Positions 1 through 13,132 of a stretch of DNA of 64,000 nt are shown piece by piece. Position numbers and translations under genes: made by a program. Numbering within the stretch: position 1 is the stretch's first letter; every line of letters starts with the position of its first letter. The notes under the pieces were generated by a model. The model was not told the DNA's origin, did not search any database, and saw only the letters and a program-made list of their open reading frames with translations. This DNA comes from Macrostomum lignano (Eukaryota). Location of the stretch: assembly GCA_002269645.1 (NCBI GenBank), contig NIVC01001022.1, positions 496,001 to 560,000 of the forward strand. The letters are read 5' to 3'.

Positions 1-1235
1 GGATGCCAAAGCGCACCCGTGGCACACTAAACGGTCGGCCTGGTACAAAGACTGCCAAGCCACGGCGAGGCGGCTCTGCCCAATCAGGGCCAGGCAGCTC
101 GGCTAAACGGGGGACAGGCAGACACGAAGACGTGGGTACGATTGTGCGCATAATCGGACCGACGAGTGAGGCGGAAGAAGTCGCCGCTGACTCGGACAAT
201 GCCCCCGCTAGCGCGATCTTTGACCAGGCCAGAGCTGTCTTCGCAGAGGTTGGGCCCACAAGTCAGCGTCCGGCCGGCGATGTGGACAATGCGGAAGATA
301 TGCTACTTTCCCTGATGGGATAGTAGGCTATATAGTCGTGGGCCAGTCGTTTTGTCGCAGACTATAGGATATAAGAGGGAGCCGTGTGCCATTGCCAGTG
401 GCCGCGGCGTGGCGCGAATATGCTCATGACACTACTGCTTCTGCGACTGCAACTTAGCTATTGGTCACGAATCAAATATGTAGCGCCTAGGGGTCTTAAG
501 AGCATGTGCTCGATTAGACAGTAGCATATCATTAGGACAAAAATTCCTCAAAAATTCTGCAGTATGTAAAGTGCACGATGTACCCATCGCCTGCAATCTG
601 TACATCATGGTGGGTGTTTTAGAACAGTAACGTTACTTAACGTTACTAACGTGTACAGTAATCACTGTTCTGCAGATAGGTAATATCGCCCTCGGGTCTG
701 CGTTTCTGGTTTTCTGTTGACACTTTCTGTTTCACTCCCAGTATGGAAAATGTATATGTCGCTATTTTTTCTGTTGTCCCCAATTTTATAAGTGAGTTTT
801 TTTTTCTGCGCCTGTTTCTTCGTGTAGCTTGAAGTTTTTCTTCTGTGAAATTTCTAGTTTTTCTGCCTGGTACTAATTTGTAGCCGCCCAAAAGACAGTG
901 TGTCGTCTCATTCTCCATTTCTCCTGATTTGTCCACCCAATGTGAGGTTTTGCCATTCTATTTTTGACTCAAGCATGTCTTGTGTATTTGCATTTTTAGC
1001 GACACGCAACTTTAAAAGTTATCTTCGGTTTCAATATATTCAGCTTCCACTACTCTATCCAGCACAGTGAATTAGAGGTTGGCCACCCTCTGTGCAAGTG
1101 CAATATACCTTGCTTTCTTTGAGGTGTTTCCAGCAATTTGTTTTCTTACGTTTTCAAAAGATTTCGTCTTGTTGTCAACCTTACTTAGTTCTTTAACATG
1201 TCATCTGCTTTACCATCCGGTAGACATGTGCATAT

Positions 1236-1604
1236 ATTTGATCTGGCATTCATCCGGAATTTCGTCCGGTTTCTCATCCGGTGGAGGCGTGCATACATTT
1301 GATCCGGCATTCATCCGGAATTTCGTCCGGTTTCTCATCCGGTGGAGGCGTGCATACATTTGATCCGGCATTCATCCGGAATTTCGTCCGGTTTCTCATC
1401 CGGTGGAGGCGTGCATACATTTGATCCGGCATTCATCCGGAATTTCGTCCGGTTTCTCATCCGGTGGAGGCGTGCATACATTTGATCCGGCATTCATCCG
1501 GAACTTCGTCCGGTTTCTCATCCGGTGGAGGCGTGCATACATTTGATCCGGCATTCATCCGGAATTCGTCCGGTTTCTCATCCGGTGGAGGCGTGCATAC
1601 ATTT
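1236..1604. repeat. 61-bp tandem repeat, ~6 copies (ATTTGATCCGGCATTCATCCGGAATTTCGTCCGGTTTCTCATCCGGTGGAGGCGTGCATAC)
   Basis: Unit read directly; register shifts by 1 nt per 60-nt line, giving period 61. Inverted sub-motifs (CCGGATGAAATTCCGGATG) follow at ~1665-1835. Confidence 0.95.
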
Positions 1605-1974
1605 CGTCCGGATTCGCTCCGGAATTTGCTCCGCCCTGTTCTCCGCGGCTTTCCGGATAGCTTCCCGGATGAATTTCCGGACTAATGTTGGTTGAACACC
1701 CGGATGAAAGGTCAAATATGCATGTTTTCATCCTGTTTGTAAACTTTTCATCCGGCTCTCATCCGGTTTTTAAATGGGACATTTGTATTACGTACCGGAT
1801 GAAATTCCGGATGTCGCTCCGGATGAAAACCGGATTACGACAGCCAGGCGGGGACAAATTTCATGAAGTTTGAAATCATGAAATCCACCCCTGGGCCTCC
1901 CCCCTCGAGAGATTAAAAATAAAGATTTTGTCTATGATCTATAGAGTTTTAGTTGATGAATATGTTATCTCAAT

Positions 1975-2490
1975 GGCCAATTTTACGAAGCACTTACCAC
2001 TGGTAATTACCAGGGAACCAGTGGTATTTTTCTATCTCCATTTTACAAAGCACTGTTTTTTTACCACTCATCAACCATCGATAACCATATAGACAATTTT
2101 GTGTGGCAGAGGTGCTGAATCCAATTTTACGAAGCTCTTATCAGTCTACCACTGGTAAGAAATCGTAGATAAAATCAAGCAAATTTTAATCCACCCTCGA
2201 AACAGGATAAATATCAAAATTATGGGCCTTCTTCAACTGTGGAGTCACAGTTTAAGAACTATTGAGTATTGACTATTGAGTCACAGTGGCGAACCAAGAA
2301 AGCTAGTGAGCTCTTTCCACTCAGAAATGGAGAAATACGAAGCAAATTTTAAGAGACAATTCCTTGTCCCTTTCTACTTGTCGCGACTTTCGTTTTATTT
2401 GTCTATGGGCCAACTTCCAAATTTGGTAGCAAGCGAGCTACTTATATATCAACCAAGCAAAATCTTTTATCAGTGCTTCGTAAAATCGAA
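1975..2490. mobile_element. Possible MITE remnant bounded by a 15-bp inverted repeat
   Basis: ATTTTACGAAGCACT (1980-1994) versus AGTGCTTCGTAAAAT (2472-2486). A second direct copy is at ~2121, with internal TACCACTGGTA/TACCAGTG motifs. No TSD verified. Confidence 0.4.
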
Positions 2491-3232
2491 CTTATCAGCA
2501 CTGGTAACTGATAGGCTACCAGTGATTTTTTACCACTGGTTATTAGGTTATTAAAAAGTACTACTCCTAATACATTTAGGGTTGCTTTTCTTTTTAAACA
2601 CTATGCTTCTATCGAAAAATGCTTGAAACTTTATTTTACACACTCAAGACTCTGTTAGCTTGTTCTACTGGTTATAAAATGTGCATTTAGAAATCTTCTA
2701 AAGTTTTTTAAAGGCGACAGTTAAAAATACTCCTACCAGTACAAATTAGATCATACATTAACACTTATTTTACACAGTTTCATAAAGTTTTCCGTTAAAA
2801 TTTGTTAACATTTTTTTAATTCTACATTGTTATTAAAACGAAGCAATACTTTCTCTAAGTATTATTTCATTTTTTATTATCGATGTGCTCTGTTTGTTAT
2901 ACGGGAGAATATTTTTTAAAAAATTTAATTTACTCAGACAGAAAATTCATTAAGTGACAGAGAGAAAACAGCATATCAAAGGCATAGAAATGCTGCAGCT
3001 TTTGAAATGTGACAGGTGCAAGTACAGAAGAAGCAAAATTTGATTTTTTGAAAAACATCCTTCGACGCTAAGTTTACCTGTTCACTTCTTGTCTGCAAGG
3101 CAAAAGTAATTAAATACGTTATGGAATGGCGTTTCTTAAATTAAATATGATACTGTTGACTAAAATGGCTCTTCTAATTATAATGGTAATGGAGGTTAAA
3201 AGTAATGTTAAACCAACATAACTCTACCAATT

Positions 3233-4360
3233 AAATGGCACTTTGCCTATCAAAATGGCATTTTCACTATTAAAATGGCACTTTGACTATCAAAATGGCG
3301 CTCTGACTATCAAAATGGCACTTTTACTATCAAAATGGCACTTTGACTATCAAAATGGCGCTGACTATCAAAATGGCACTTTGACTATCAAAATGGCACT
3401 TTGACTATCAAAATGGCACTTTGACATTCAAAACGGCACTTGGACTATCAAAATGGCGCTTTGACTGTCAAAATGGCACTTTGACTATCAAAATGGCGCT
3501 CTGACTATCAAAATGGCGCTCTGACTATCAAAATGGCATTTTCACTATTAAAATGGAACTTTGACTATCAAAATGGCACTTTGACTATCAAAATGGCATT
3601 TTCACTAATAAAATGGCACTTTGACTATCAAAATGGCGCTCGGACTATCAAAATGGAACTTTGACATTCAAAGGGGCACTTTGACTATCAAAACGGCACT
3701 TTGACTATCAAAATGGCGCTTTGACTATCAAAATGGCGCTCTGACTATCAAAATGGCGCTTTGACTATCAAAATGGCACTTTGACTATCAAAATGGAACT
3801 TTGACTATCAAAATGGAACTTTGACTATCAAAATGGCGCTCTGACTATCAAAATGGCGCTCTGACTATCAAAATGGCACTTTTACTATCAAAATGGCACT
3901 TTGACTATCAAAATGGCGCTCTGACTATCAAAATGGCAGTTTCACCATTAAAATGGCACTTTGACTATCAAAATGGCATTTTCACTATTAAAATGGTACT
4001 TTGACTATCAAAATGGCACTTTGACATTCAAAGGGGCACTTTGACTATCAAAACGGCACTTTGACTATCAAAATGGCGCTTTGACTATCAAAATGGCGCT
4101 CTGACTATCAAAATGGCGCTTTGACTATCAAAATGGCACTTTGACTATCAAAATGGCGCTCTGACTATTAAAATGGCGCTCTGACTATCAAAATGGCACT
4201 TTGACTATCAAAATGGCGCTTTAACGATAAAAATGGCGCTTTGACAATCAAAATGGCACTTTGACTATCAAAATGCCGCTCTGACTATCAAAATGGCACT
4301 TTGACTTTCAAAACGGCACTTTGACTATCCAAATGGCTTTTAACTACCAAAATGGCACTT
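3233..4360. repeat. 20-bp minisatellite (AAAATGGCACTTTGACTATC), ~56 copies
   Basis: Direct reading; variant lines at 3661 and 4021 are identical (360-bp internal duplication). Confidence 0.97.
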
Positions 4361-4462
4361 CGCCTATTATATGACACTGGATCATAATAGCGTATTTTTA
4401 AAATAACATCAATGGTTAGATCATAAAACAGAAAAACATGTCACAAAGACACCAACACTCAC

Positions 4463-4774
4463 CTGGAGACCGAGTTTGCCAACATTGCTATGGGCAGCAG
4501 TCCGGATCGAAGAATAGATCACCAAGATAAGGAAGATTGCCAGACTGACACCTGTCTCCCAGTTAAATTGGGCAACCACAGAGTCCCCGGTAACGGGCGG
4601 AGCGGCCGTAGTTGTTGAACCACTAGACGAGGTTGGAGGAACCATCGTGTAGTTAACCATCTCCAGAGTGGGATTGCAGGCTTTCTCAGGCACAGAGGTG
4701 ACGGCGGACCAGGTCAGGTACATCACGTACAGGCTGATTAGGCCGCTCTGCAGGATGCCCGATCGCTGGTGGTC
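4463..4774 (-). CDS. SERINC: Serine incorporator (SERINC/TMS1) internal coding exon, phase 0-0
   Basis: Translates DHQRSGILQSGLISLYVMYLTWSAVTS...CNP...LAIFLILVIYSSIRTAAHSNVGKLGLQ, matching SERINC motifs SGLLQS..LY.MYLTWSA and YSSIRT. Acceptor ccgcAG at 4775-4776, donor GTGAGT at 4462. C-terminal exon(s) not found in the window. Confidence 0.9.
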
Positions 4775-4852
4775 CTGCGGACGGTGACGTCAATGAAAGA
4801 AAAGCTAAATTGTAGTTAAGCTTCTTAAAATTATTTTTATATAATCATGAGG

Positions 4853-5405
4853 GTTGCTATGTAAATCCTAGAGGTACATAACTGTTGCTATGGAAACCCT
4901 AGAGGTACATGATTGTTGCTAAGGAAATCCTAGAGGTACATGACTGTTGCTATGGAAACCCTAGAGGTACATGATTGTTGCTAAGGAAATCCTAGAGGTA
5001 CATGACTGTTGCTATGTAAATCCTAGAGGTACATGTACATGATTGTTGCTATGGAAATCCTAGAGGTACATGACTGTTGCTATGGAAATCCTAGAGGTAC
5101 ATGATTGTTGCTATGGAAATCCTAGAGGTACATGACTGTTGCCATGGAAATCCTAGAGGACATGACTGTTGCTATGGAAATCCTAGAGGGGCATGGGAGC
5201 TAGGATCCTATGAGACATCACGGTTGCTATGGGAGTTATAGAGTACATGACTGTTGCTATGGGATAGAAGTATATGGAGCTATAGTAGTAGAAGCACATG
5301 GTTGCTATAGAAGTATATCACGGTTGCTATAGGAGTCCTAGAAGCACGGTTGCTATGAGTATAAATACCTAGATACATCACGGTTGCTATGGAGTCCTAG
5401 AAGTA
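4853..5405. repeat. 31-bp minisatellite (CTAGAGGTACATGACTGTTGCTATGGAAATC), degenerating after ~5200
   Basis: About 11 clean copies to ~5200, then decayed variants. Confidence 0.9.
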
Positions 5406-5495
5406 CATCAGTCCTTTGCTCATAAAGCTGGCATCGCTACATAAAACACGCACAGTCAGAGCACAAAAATAAAAATCAATAAAACGCTTCCTTAC

Positions 5496-5790
5496 CTGGC
5501 CAGCTCAGCAGTGCGCGAAAAATAAGCAGCAATCAGGATGAACAGAAAAATTTCTGAAAGCCATTCCAATAAAAAACGCCCCAACCCCAGGCCAAAAATT
5601 AGAAGCTTAAAAAAAGCAGCCGTTTTGAGATCGAGGATCTTTCGAGCGCCACAAAAGGTAGCATGATATGTTACAACAAGTAAGAAAATTATTTCCGGAA
5701 TCCCAGGCCAATTAGAATTAGAAGCTTAAAAAACCAGAAGCCGTTTTGAATTTTAGACGAGGATCTTTCGAATTTCCAATGATATGTCCA
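5496..5790 (-). pseudogene. SERINC: Two tandem, indel-riddled partial copies of the SERINC middle exon
   Basis: Copy A (~5700-5775) reads SKDPR-[frameshift]-SKIQNGFWFFKLLILIGLG. Copy B (~5496-5650) reads RSKDPRSQNG..FKLL..GLG....LFILI...FAH, followed by donor GTAAG at 5495. Neither is in frame; could be an assembly artefact. Confidence 0.7.
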
Positions 5791-5859
5791 CAGTAAGAAA
5801 ATCATATTTAAATATCCAAAAGTAATCCTATAAGGTAAATCCCACCAGGTAATCAATAA

Positions 5860-6215
5860 AATGATTCCACAGGAAATCCATAGGAAATCCCATAAGAAAC
5901 CCATGTAGGATAAGGAAATCGATAATAAAAATACCCGGTAAAGGGAAATCCCAGAGTAAGAGGAAAGGAAATCCCACAGGTAAAGGAAATTCCAGGGAGA
6001 TAAGAGAAATCCCACAGGAAAGGGAATCCTACAAAAACAGGAAATCCTACAAGGGAAATCCCACAGGAAAGGGAATCCTAGGAAAGGGAAATCACGGGAA
6101 GGAAATCCGCAGGAAAGGAAATCACGGGAAATCCCGCAGGAAAGGGAAATCTCACAGGAAAGGGAAATCTCACAGGAAAGGAAAATCCCGCAGGAAAGGG
6201 AAATCCCACAGGAAT
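5860..6215. repeat. ~18-bp purine-rich degenerate tandem repeat (AGGAAAGGGAAATCCCAC)
   Basis: Direct reading; cleanest at 6005-6215. Confidence 0.8.
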
Positions 6216-6296
6216 TTCTTCAGCTTTAAGGCAAAGGAAGCTTAAGTTAAAACTAAAATAGTAAACTATAAAAAGATGCAAAATTCAACAACTGAC

Positions 6297-6650
6297 CTTT
6301 ATCATCAGGAGTGCAAAGAGCACAAAGAAGCAGGTCATGCCAAAGGCCACCCTGTACACGGCTCCATAGCCAATGACCAGGTAGCATTTGAATCCCGAAT
6401 AGATTTTGGTGTCAATCTGCCCAATCTGAGTGTCAATTTTGTAGTTGTCGCATAAAGCTGGTATTTTTTGCAGCGTTTTGTCTAGGTCAGGAATAAGCAT
6501 GATGCAGCACAGAGCGGCTCCTAATAGAAAAATCAAGGAGTACATAATTCTACTTGAGGTGCTGCTTTTGCACGAAGGCAAACAAGTGCAGCAAAGAGAA
6601 GCAGCTGAACTGCAGAAGCAGCAAGCAATGGCACTGATGCAGCAGCCCAT
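6297..6650 (-). CDS. SERINC: Serine incorporator first coding exon
   Basis: MGCCISAIACCFCSSAASLCCTCLPSCKSSTSSRIMYSLIFLLG...CIMLIP...GYGAVYRVAFGMTCFFVLFALLMIK is the Cys-rich SERINC N-terminus with the GY.AVYR motif. Donor GTCAGT at 6296, 118 codons. Confidence 0.93.
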
Positions 6651-9600
6651 TGTTTTCTTATGAAGATTCTTCTAATTTAGATCAGTAAGTATATGGATTT
6701 AAGAAATTTGTATTGTTTTGTTGATTCTCTTCAAGAGTCATGCATGAAAATATAAATATTATTAGTTAAGTTTTGCATTGCCTAAAAAACATTATAGGCC
6801 CAAATTTTCCGGATAGCAAATTAATTAATGGCTACTGTAACAAAAAAGATATTAAGTCAAATTGACATACCAAACTAACATGCTAAATGAGATACACATA
6901 GATTTACTTACTAGATACAGTTTTTAGAGGCAAAGGAATCTGTGCATTCTGGTGCAATGTACTTATAAGCATTAAACTTTCAGAAAATATTTGAATACTT
7001 GGTACTAGAAATTATGTGCACAAGTTTAAATAGCACAAAAATCCTGCATACACATTACATACAATGAGTCAATGACCATGGCATTGCATTGCAAAAGAAA
7101 ATTGTCTGGTCTGTACCACTGTAGACAAAAATGGCTGGTTGTAAGTGGACAGGTAAATGGCCAAAAAAGTATCTACTAGTGGCAGAATGTTATACACTTT
7201 TGTTCACTCATAGTCTACTTATAACTGGCCACTTCTTTTCTACTTACTTGTCTAATTTTCATTTACAATACATGTTAGTTGGACTTTAAAATCCTCACAA
7301 ACTGTCACATTATATCTGATTGAGTGAGATTTGGGCATGTAAAAATGTTTTATTAAGCAATGTCTGCTTTTATCATGAGCAACAAATGCAAAAATGCTGC
7401 AAGCAAAACAATATAGTTGAATTCAAAGAATCAATGGTTTGCTTGTTTTTGCATTTTTGGAGTCTTGAAATTCATTTTGTATTAGGTTTAAAAATTTTGC
7501 CTTAATGTATCATTTTTATATTTGACACAAATTTGTCTTATGTTATGGTCACTGATTCTATACATTTAAATTTTTACTAGAAATGCACACATTAAGTGCA
7601 CATCAAGTATTTGTAAGCATACATATAATATATCTAGGATTTTATACAAAAATTATATCCTACTCTAGAAACCAAATGCACAGGGCATTGTTAAGGTATC
7701 TATTAAATCAATTTAAAAAAACTAAAAAATAGATAGAAACAAATATTGCTTTTTGCTTGTGTCTACCTAAAAACACAAAAATCAAATATACACTGTTCAA
7801 AAGCACAAGAATTGTTTTATAGAGAAGCAATAAATTGTTAAAAGGTATATAATAAAATGGCATTTAATATTATAGCAGGTATATCTTGGACCTGTACCTT
7901 GGAGGGTGACCCCTTGGTAATTTTTGCTAGACCCTTAATGAGCATCTATGCATTTAAAAAAATTATTTCAATCATACATGCACAACCTTGGGAATCACTT
8001 GGCCACTTCTATTGGCAACACACACATGTAAGTTGCTATTGGCTGAGAGTAGTCACATGACTACTATTCCATCCAATAGTGACTTGCATAATGCAAAAGC
8101 ATTTGCAATGCAAATGCAAAAGCATAATTTATGGCACATGACCAAGATAGCCATACACCAAGATGGCCACAGATCTAAATATCTAAATTAAATAAAATAA
8201 TAATAAGTATAGGTCTATATATTTCATTCATTTCCATTTTCCTATTAGTAATAATTAGAAAGATAGATGCTAAAATAGAATTATATTACATTATAATCAT
8301 TCCCTTTGTTTTTAGGCCTAGCTTTTATTTTGGCTTGACCTATATATGTTTATTTACTAAATAAAGCAAGTAGCCAAGCATAAAATAAATACCTAGTTGC
8401 ATTTTTATCTCATTTTTGATAGCATTATTATTAGCAATGGTTTCTTAATAAACTAATAATATATTTAATATATATGGCCTTATGGGAATAAATTGGCACA
8501 GAAACTAAAAAGATTCATATTTTTATATTATGATTAATTGGTTTCAAATCTATTTATTGTATCAATATTTATAAATATGATTGATTAAAACAAAATATTG
8601 CATGACTATCAAACTATGATAATAAAACAATAGCTATTAAGTTGCTAATTATTGTTAGAGAGAAAGCAGATATAATAGAGATTTAATGTTGTGGCTATGG
8701 CCATCTTGGTGTGTGGCCATCTTGGTCTTACACCTAATTTATATATACTTTTTAGCTTTTACATTAACTAGGTTTATAAATATATTATTATCAAAACTTT
8801 ATGGCATATTTCAAAACTGTTTGTTTTTACTTGTTTTTTGCTATTTTGTTTTTATTGCTTGTTTTTTTTACAATTTGTTTGGTTGGTTATGATTAAAATT
8901 ATCATATTTATTATTTTTAATGCTTTTTTAATTTTAGAGTATTGCCTATTGCATTGGGCATTGCATACTATATTATGTCTACTTTGCTTTTTAAATGCAA
9001 AATGTATAGATAAATGACTGTTCATAAGCTTTTGTGTCTTAATTCTAGCCTACTGTAAAATAGTAGGCCTTTAGTAGGGCCTAATGCGAAGTTGCCTATA
9101 ATTTTATAAATGTATAAATGAGTGTAACAGACAAACTGCTACATAAAAATATAGTGCACTTAAAATTGTGTACCGTGAAGTTGCTTTCTTACCAAATATT
9201 TGGAATAAGCACTACACTTCCTTTAAAATTTCAGCTCATTTTATTTTTAGTTAGGCCTAGTGTTATATTATAGCATCGCAGATCAAGACTAAAAATATCA
9301 CCTAGGCAGCCCGCAGCTAGGCTATGCCTATATGTTTCTGCTTTTATGGTGCAGTAAACATAATGATGTTTTAAAAATAAGTACAAGAATGCAAGTGAAG
9401 CTACACAGAGGATAAAATTCAGCTATCATTTTGTAACAGTGACCCCAGTAGAGCCGTACAGTACAGTGCAATACAGGTAATACACTAAATACAGGTAACA
9501 GGACATGAATCATATTTCAGATTTGGAATGATTTTAAATTATTTTATTGTACACAAATATTAGAAAAACTTTTCTAACTAACTATCTAATTTTCTATTCT

Positions 9601-10029
9601 TTACTGCTCAGCTTTGTCTTTTATTTTGTGTGCTACGTATACGCAGTAAGCAAAACGCTGCAAATGTTTTTTATACTAAAGTATTTCGCAATTAATTTAA
9701 ATTTTTCTTTTACAATGCGGAGAGTCCGGACCGTTGACTGTCCATATAAATATTTAAAAGGAAACCGAAATCAACATAGGTTGAATGGAAGGACGCATTT
9801 TTCACAAAAAAATGTGCATCTTTAGGTTTATTTGAACAACTGAATAGGTTGCGAATGAATAAATAATGATATTAGTGTAAAATTGAATCATGCAATAATA
9901 TTGTAATTACAATGTACATAAATTTATAGTCCGCGTAACCGATAGGCAGGTCGTCCAGGGACGAGCGGTTGGGGTTGCAGCCAACTGCACAGAATTTGCA
10001 GCCTGTGCCCCCTCTTAGAACACACGGAG

Positions 10030-10500
10030 AACGTGATCAGCGCCACTGTTGAAGTTAAATGTTAAGGCTGGCCGGGACAGATTTAATGTCAGCGCTTCGA
10101 TCTATAGAATCTAAGGTTTAGATCGAGTCAAAATGAGCAATGGTCAATGACTTTTGAAGTGTTCTCCATGTTTACAATTAGAAGCAATTATTGCATTCTA
10201 TAAGAGGTGGTTTGGATTGCTAACCATTTGAGCCTGTGCTTTCTGGTTCTAGATAGTGTGCAGGGTGCCTTTCACCACATGTAGGATGGATGCTCTGATC
10301 ATTTGAGCAGTTGAATTGGTAAATGACACCAGCACGTAAAACACAGCGACAACCAACCAACCAACTTGACTTTAAACAACCAACAATTTTTCCTGCTTTA
10401 GCAGTACGAAAGACAATGCGGATTTTGCAATTGAGGGATTTTTTAAATAACAAAACAATAGTAAGAATTACGTATTTAAAAACTCCTAACATCTTCAATT
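10030..10500 (-). mobile_element. Decayed Penelope-like element, GIY-YIG endonuclease/C-terminal fragment
   Basis: LNCKIRIVFRTAK...LKS...AGVIYQFNCSNDQSI and, after frameshifts, KVIDHC..IEAL.IK..PALN align by eye with the intact fragment at 26047-26628. Confidence 0.75.
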
Positions 10501-10504
10501 CAGT

Positions 10505-10900
10505 TGCCAGAGAAAACCTGAAGGTGCGCCTGTTTCGCGCGGCCGTAGACCCGATTCTCATGTACGGATTGGAGGCTGTGCCGCTGACCGAGTCGCGAGA
10601 GTGAGGCCCTACACGCGCTCTATAAGCCGCGATCGCTGCTGCGCTAATGGCCGTATGCACCACCCCGGTGCACCTGCCGAGCAACGCTCAATGGCCCGCG
10701 CTAGAGCTCCGCCTCTGAGTGCTACCCTGCGCCGGCGCCGTCAGGTGCTGCTGGCCGCCACTGTCCAGGGACCCTGGGCCGTGGTGCGCCCGTCCCACTG
10801 GCCCTGGCCCTGCTGCACCGGCCAACCGAGCGATTGCGCCACCGCAAGCCCGCACTGCAACTCTCTGACTGACTGCCTCATCGCTGACTTTCAGGCGCTT
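10505..10900 (+). mobile_element. 3' fragment of a non-LTR (RTE-like) retrotransposon ORF, frameshifted
   Basis: KVRLFRAAVDPILMYGLEAVPLTESRE...LLR...RARAPPLSATLRRRR is a typical post-RT C-terminal region (K..L...V...LLYG.E). Confidence 0.7.
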
Positions 10901-11010
10901 GCACTAACCCCTCAGGTTGCTGCTGTCTGTCCCCCCCACCTGTTCTGCAAGCACGTGCACGCATGCAGGGGTCTCCGGCTCTCTGCGTTCTAAAACGAGC
11001 GTATATATTG

Positions 11011-11377
11011 TGTGATTGGCTGGTGAATCTATTTGGGCAAGTCTGTGATTGTCTGGTGAATCTAAGGCTAGTCTGTGATTGTCTGGTGAATCTAAGGCTA
11101 GTCTGTGATTGTCTGGTGAATCTAGGGCTAGACTGTGATTGTCTGGTGAATCTAAGGCTAGTCTGTGATTGGATGGTGAATCTAAGGCTAGTCTGTGATT
11201 GGCTGGTGAATCTAAGGCGAGTCTGTGATTGGCTGGTGAATCTAAGGCGAGTCTGTGATTGGCTGGTGAATCTAAGGCGAGTCTTTGATTGGCTGGTGAA
11301 TCTAAGGCTAGTCTGTGATTGTCTGGTGAATCTAAGGCAAGTCTGTGATTGTCTGGTGAATCTATTGCTTGTCTGTG
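11011..11377. repeat. 30-bp minisatellite (GTCTGTGATTGTCTGGTGAATCTAAGGCTA), ~12 copies
   Basis: Direct reading. Confidence 0.96.
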
Positions 11378-11966
11378 AATGATGAGGACGCACTTTTTTC
11401 CAAACTTCACGCTCATGCACATGGGCTCCAAACTTACTAGCCTACTAACAACAGGCTATGGGCATTTTTTCTTCCCTTTATGTAATTTTCCTAGAATTCA
11501 TACTAGTTATATGATTTTGCCTAGATTATGTAAGATTCTTAAGATTTTAAGTTGTAAGATTAAAGCGGGATTGCCTAGATTTTGCCCTAGATGACTTGTA
11601 GTTATCATAACATACAGTAGGTGCTGCTTTTGGGTCAAAAATCATTGCTTTCGAGCTGGTCTGACAGCCACCTGCGCCTCACTCAATGCTGAGACTGGCG
11701 CCAGATGGTCTGAGAGGATGCGGGCGGTAGCTTTTTTCTCATCATTTTGACAGGCCATCAAGATTTATGAGGTCAGAGCCTATTGTTCGTGTTTACTCAA
11801 GCGTGTGACAGCTTTGACAGCTATGCGTTTTACCCTTAAAAGTACGCTGGGATTAGCGATTAGCGATTTCTCTTCATTATCTTCACTTTCTGCCTAATAA
11901 GAGCTTTCTAATGTATATTTTTTCATTAATTTTTGTCATTCCTACGCGAAAGGTTATAAATCATTA

Positions 11967-12679
11967 TGTAGCGATTTTGAGTGATTTATGACCGCACCTG
12001 TCGTATTTTTATGGCCCCGAGGGAACTGATAGGATCTTCTGGTCACGTGAGTTTGGGTGACAAGAAGCTCAGCCAATTAGAAAATTTGACGTGCGTTATA
12101 ACAAATCGGCTCAGCCAATCAGCGTCAAGGTGTTCCATTATAACAAATTGCGGTCCAGTTGGCGGCTATTTAAACAGGTGTTTTTGGCCCGCTTGGACTC
12201 AACCTCCTGCTCCGCCTCCTGGGACTTTGGCCTAACTTAGACCTCCCGGAGCTCGACCGTCGTCTCTTGATCCCCGGATCGCGACTCCCCCATCATCATC
12301 ACGGACGAATCCCCCCGGTCGTCAGCAGCGAACATCAAGATTAAGAACATCACCTGCTAGCTATCTGCAAAGATTGTGACATCAGCATCATCCCAGGCCT
12401 ACAGCTGCGAAGCACTAAGCCGATTCGGTCACTGTGGATTACCTGGTCTCCGGCTGTTGAGTTTCTGATTGGTTGGGTGAGAGGCTACCTAGACTTGCTT
12501 GATTGGGTGATTCCTTACCTGTCCCCTATTTCGGTAGCTGGATTAGGCGCACACTTTTGCTCATTTTGTTCAATAGTGCTGTTATTGAGGCAGAAGTCAT
12601 TCAATAATACTGTTAGTAGTCTAAGACTCCAATTCAATCTGAAGTGTGAAGTGATCTGAGGAGAAGGTTAAATCTAACA
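11967..12679 (+). mobile_element. Candidate solo LTR
   Basis: Ends TGTAG...CTAACA; flanks ATTA/GTTA (3 of 4 match); two CCAAT boxes (12073, 12115) and TATTTAAA (12167-12174). No internal coding region. Confidence 0.3.
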
Positions 12680-12886
12680 GTTATTTTTATCGGTTTTATT
12701 TCTTTGTTCGCCGATGGCTCAGATGAGTAGCTAAGCTAGTAGGCGCCGGTTACAGTGGACCAATGGCAAGGCGGTTCTCAGTCGACCAATCTATCAAATC
12801 AGTGAGCAAAATTGCCAATAGTGCAAAATCGGCGCCAGAGATGTACTCTGTGCACTCTAGGTTAGCCAAGCGGCTCGGGTAATGAA

Positions 12887-13132
12887 TCATGCGGTCTCTG
12901 AAGTTCGAGTTAGTCTATCATCAGCGCTATGAGAGGCTAGTTGGCGCGTTGAAGGCCAAAAGTACAATTCTTCGTATTTAGCAATGTAATAGTACATGTA
13001 GCTACCCCATAGTCTCGCCACCGCAAGAATCCCCTGCACAAGTCCCCTCTGTACCTGCATGGCCAATGCGATCAAGTCCCAGCAGTGTCCCTTAACATCG
13101 GCTATGACTTCGAGATTGACAGCAAAAGACAC
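12887..13132 (-). mobile_element. Possible highly decayed reverse-transcriptase fragment
   Basis: QRGLVQG....L...YM followed ~35 aa later by ADD resembles RT motifs QG and YADD; match is by eye and weak. Confidence 0.25.

Noticed and set aside
3-323. 106-aa ORF at the window start
   Set aside because: No recognisable motif or gene context; may be part of a repeat extending outside the window.
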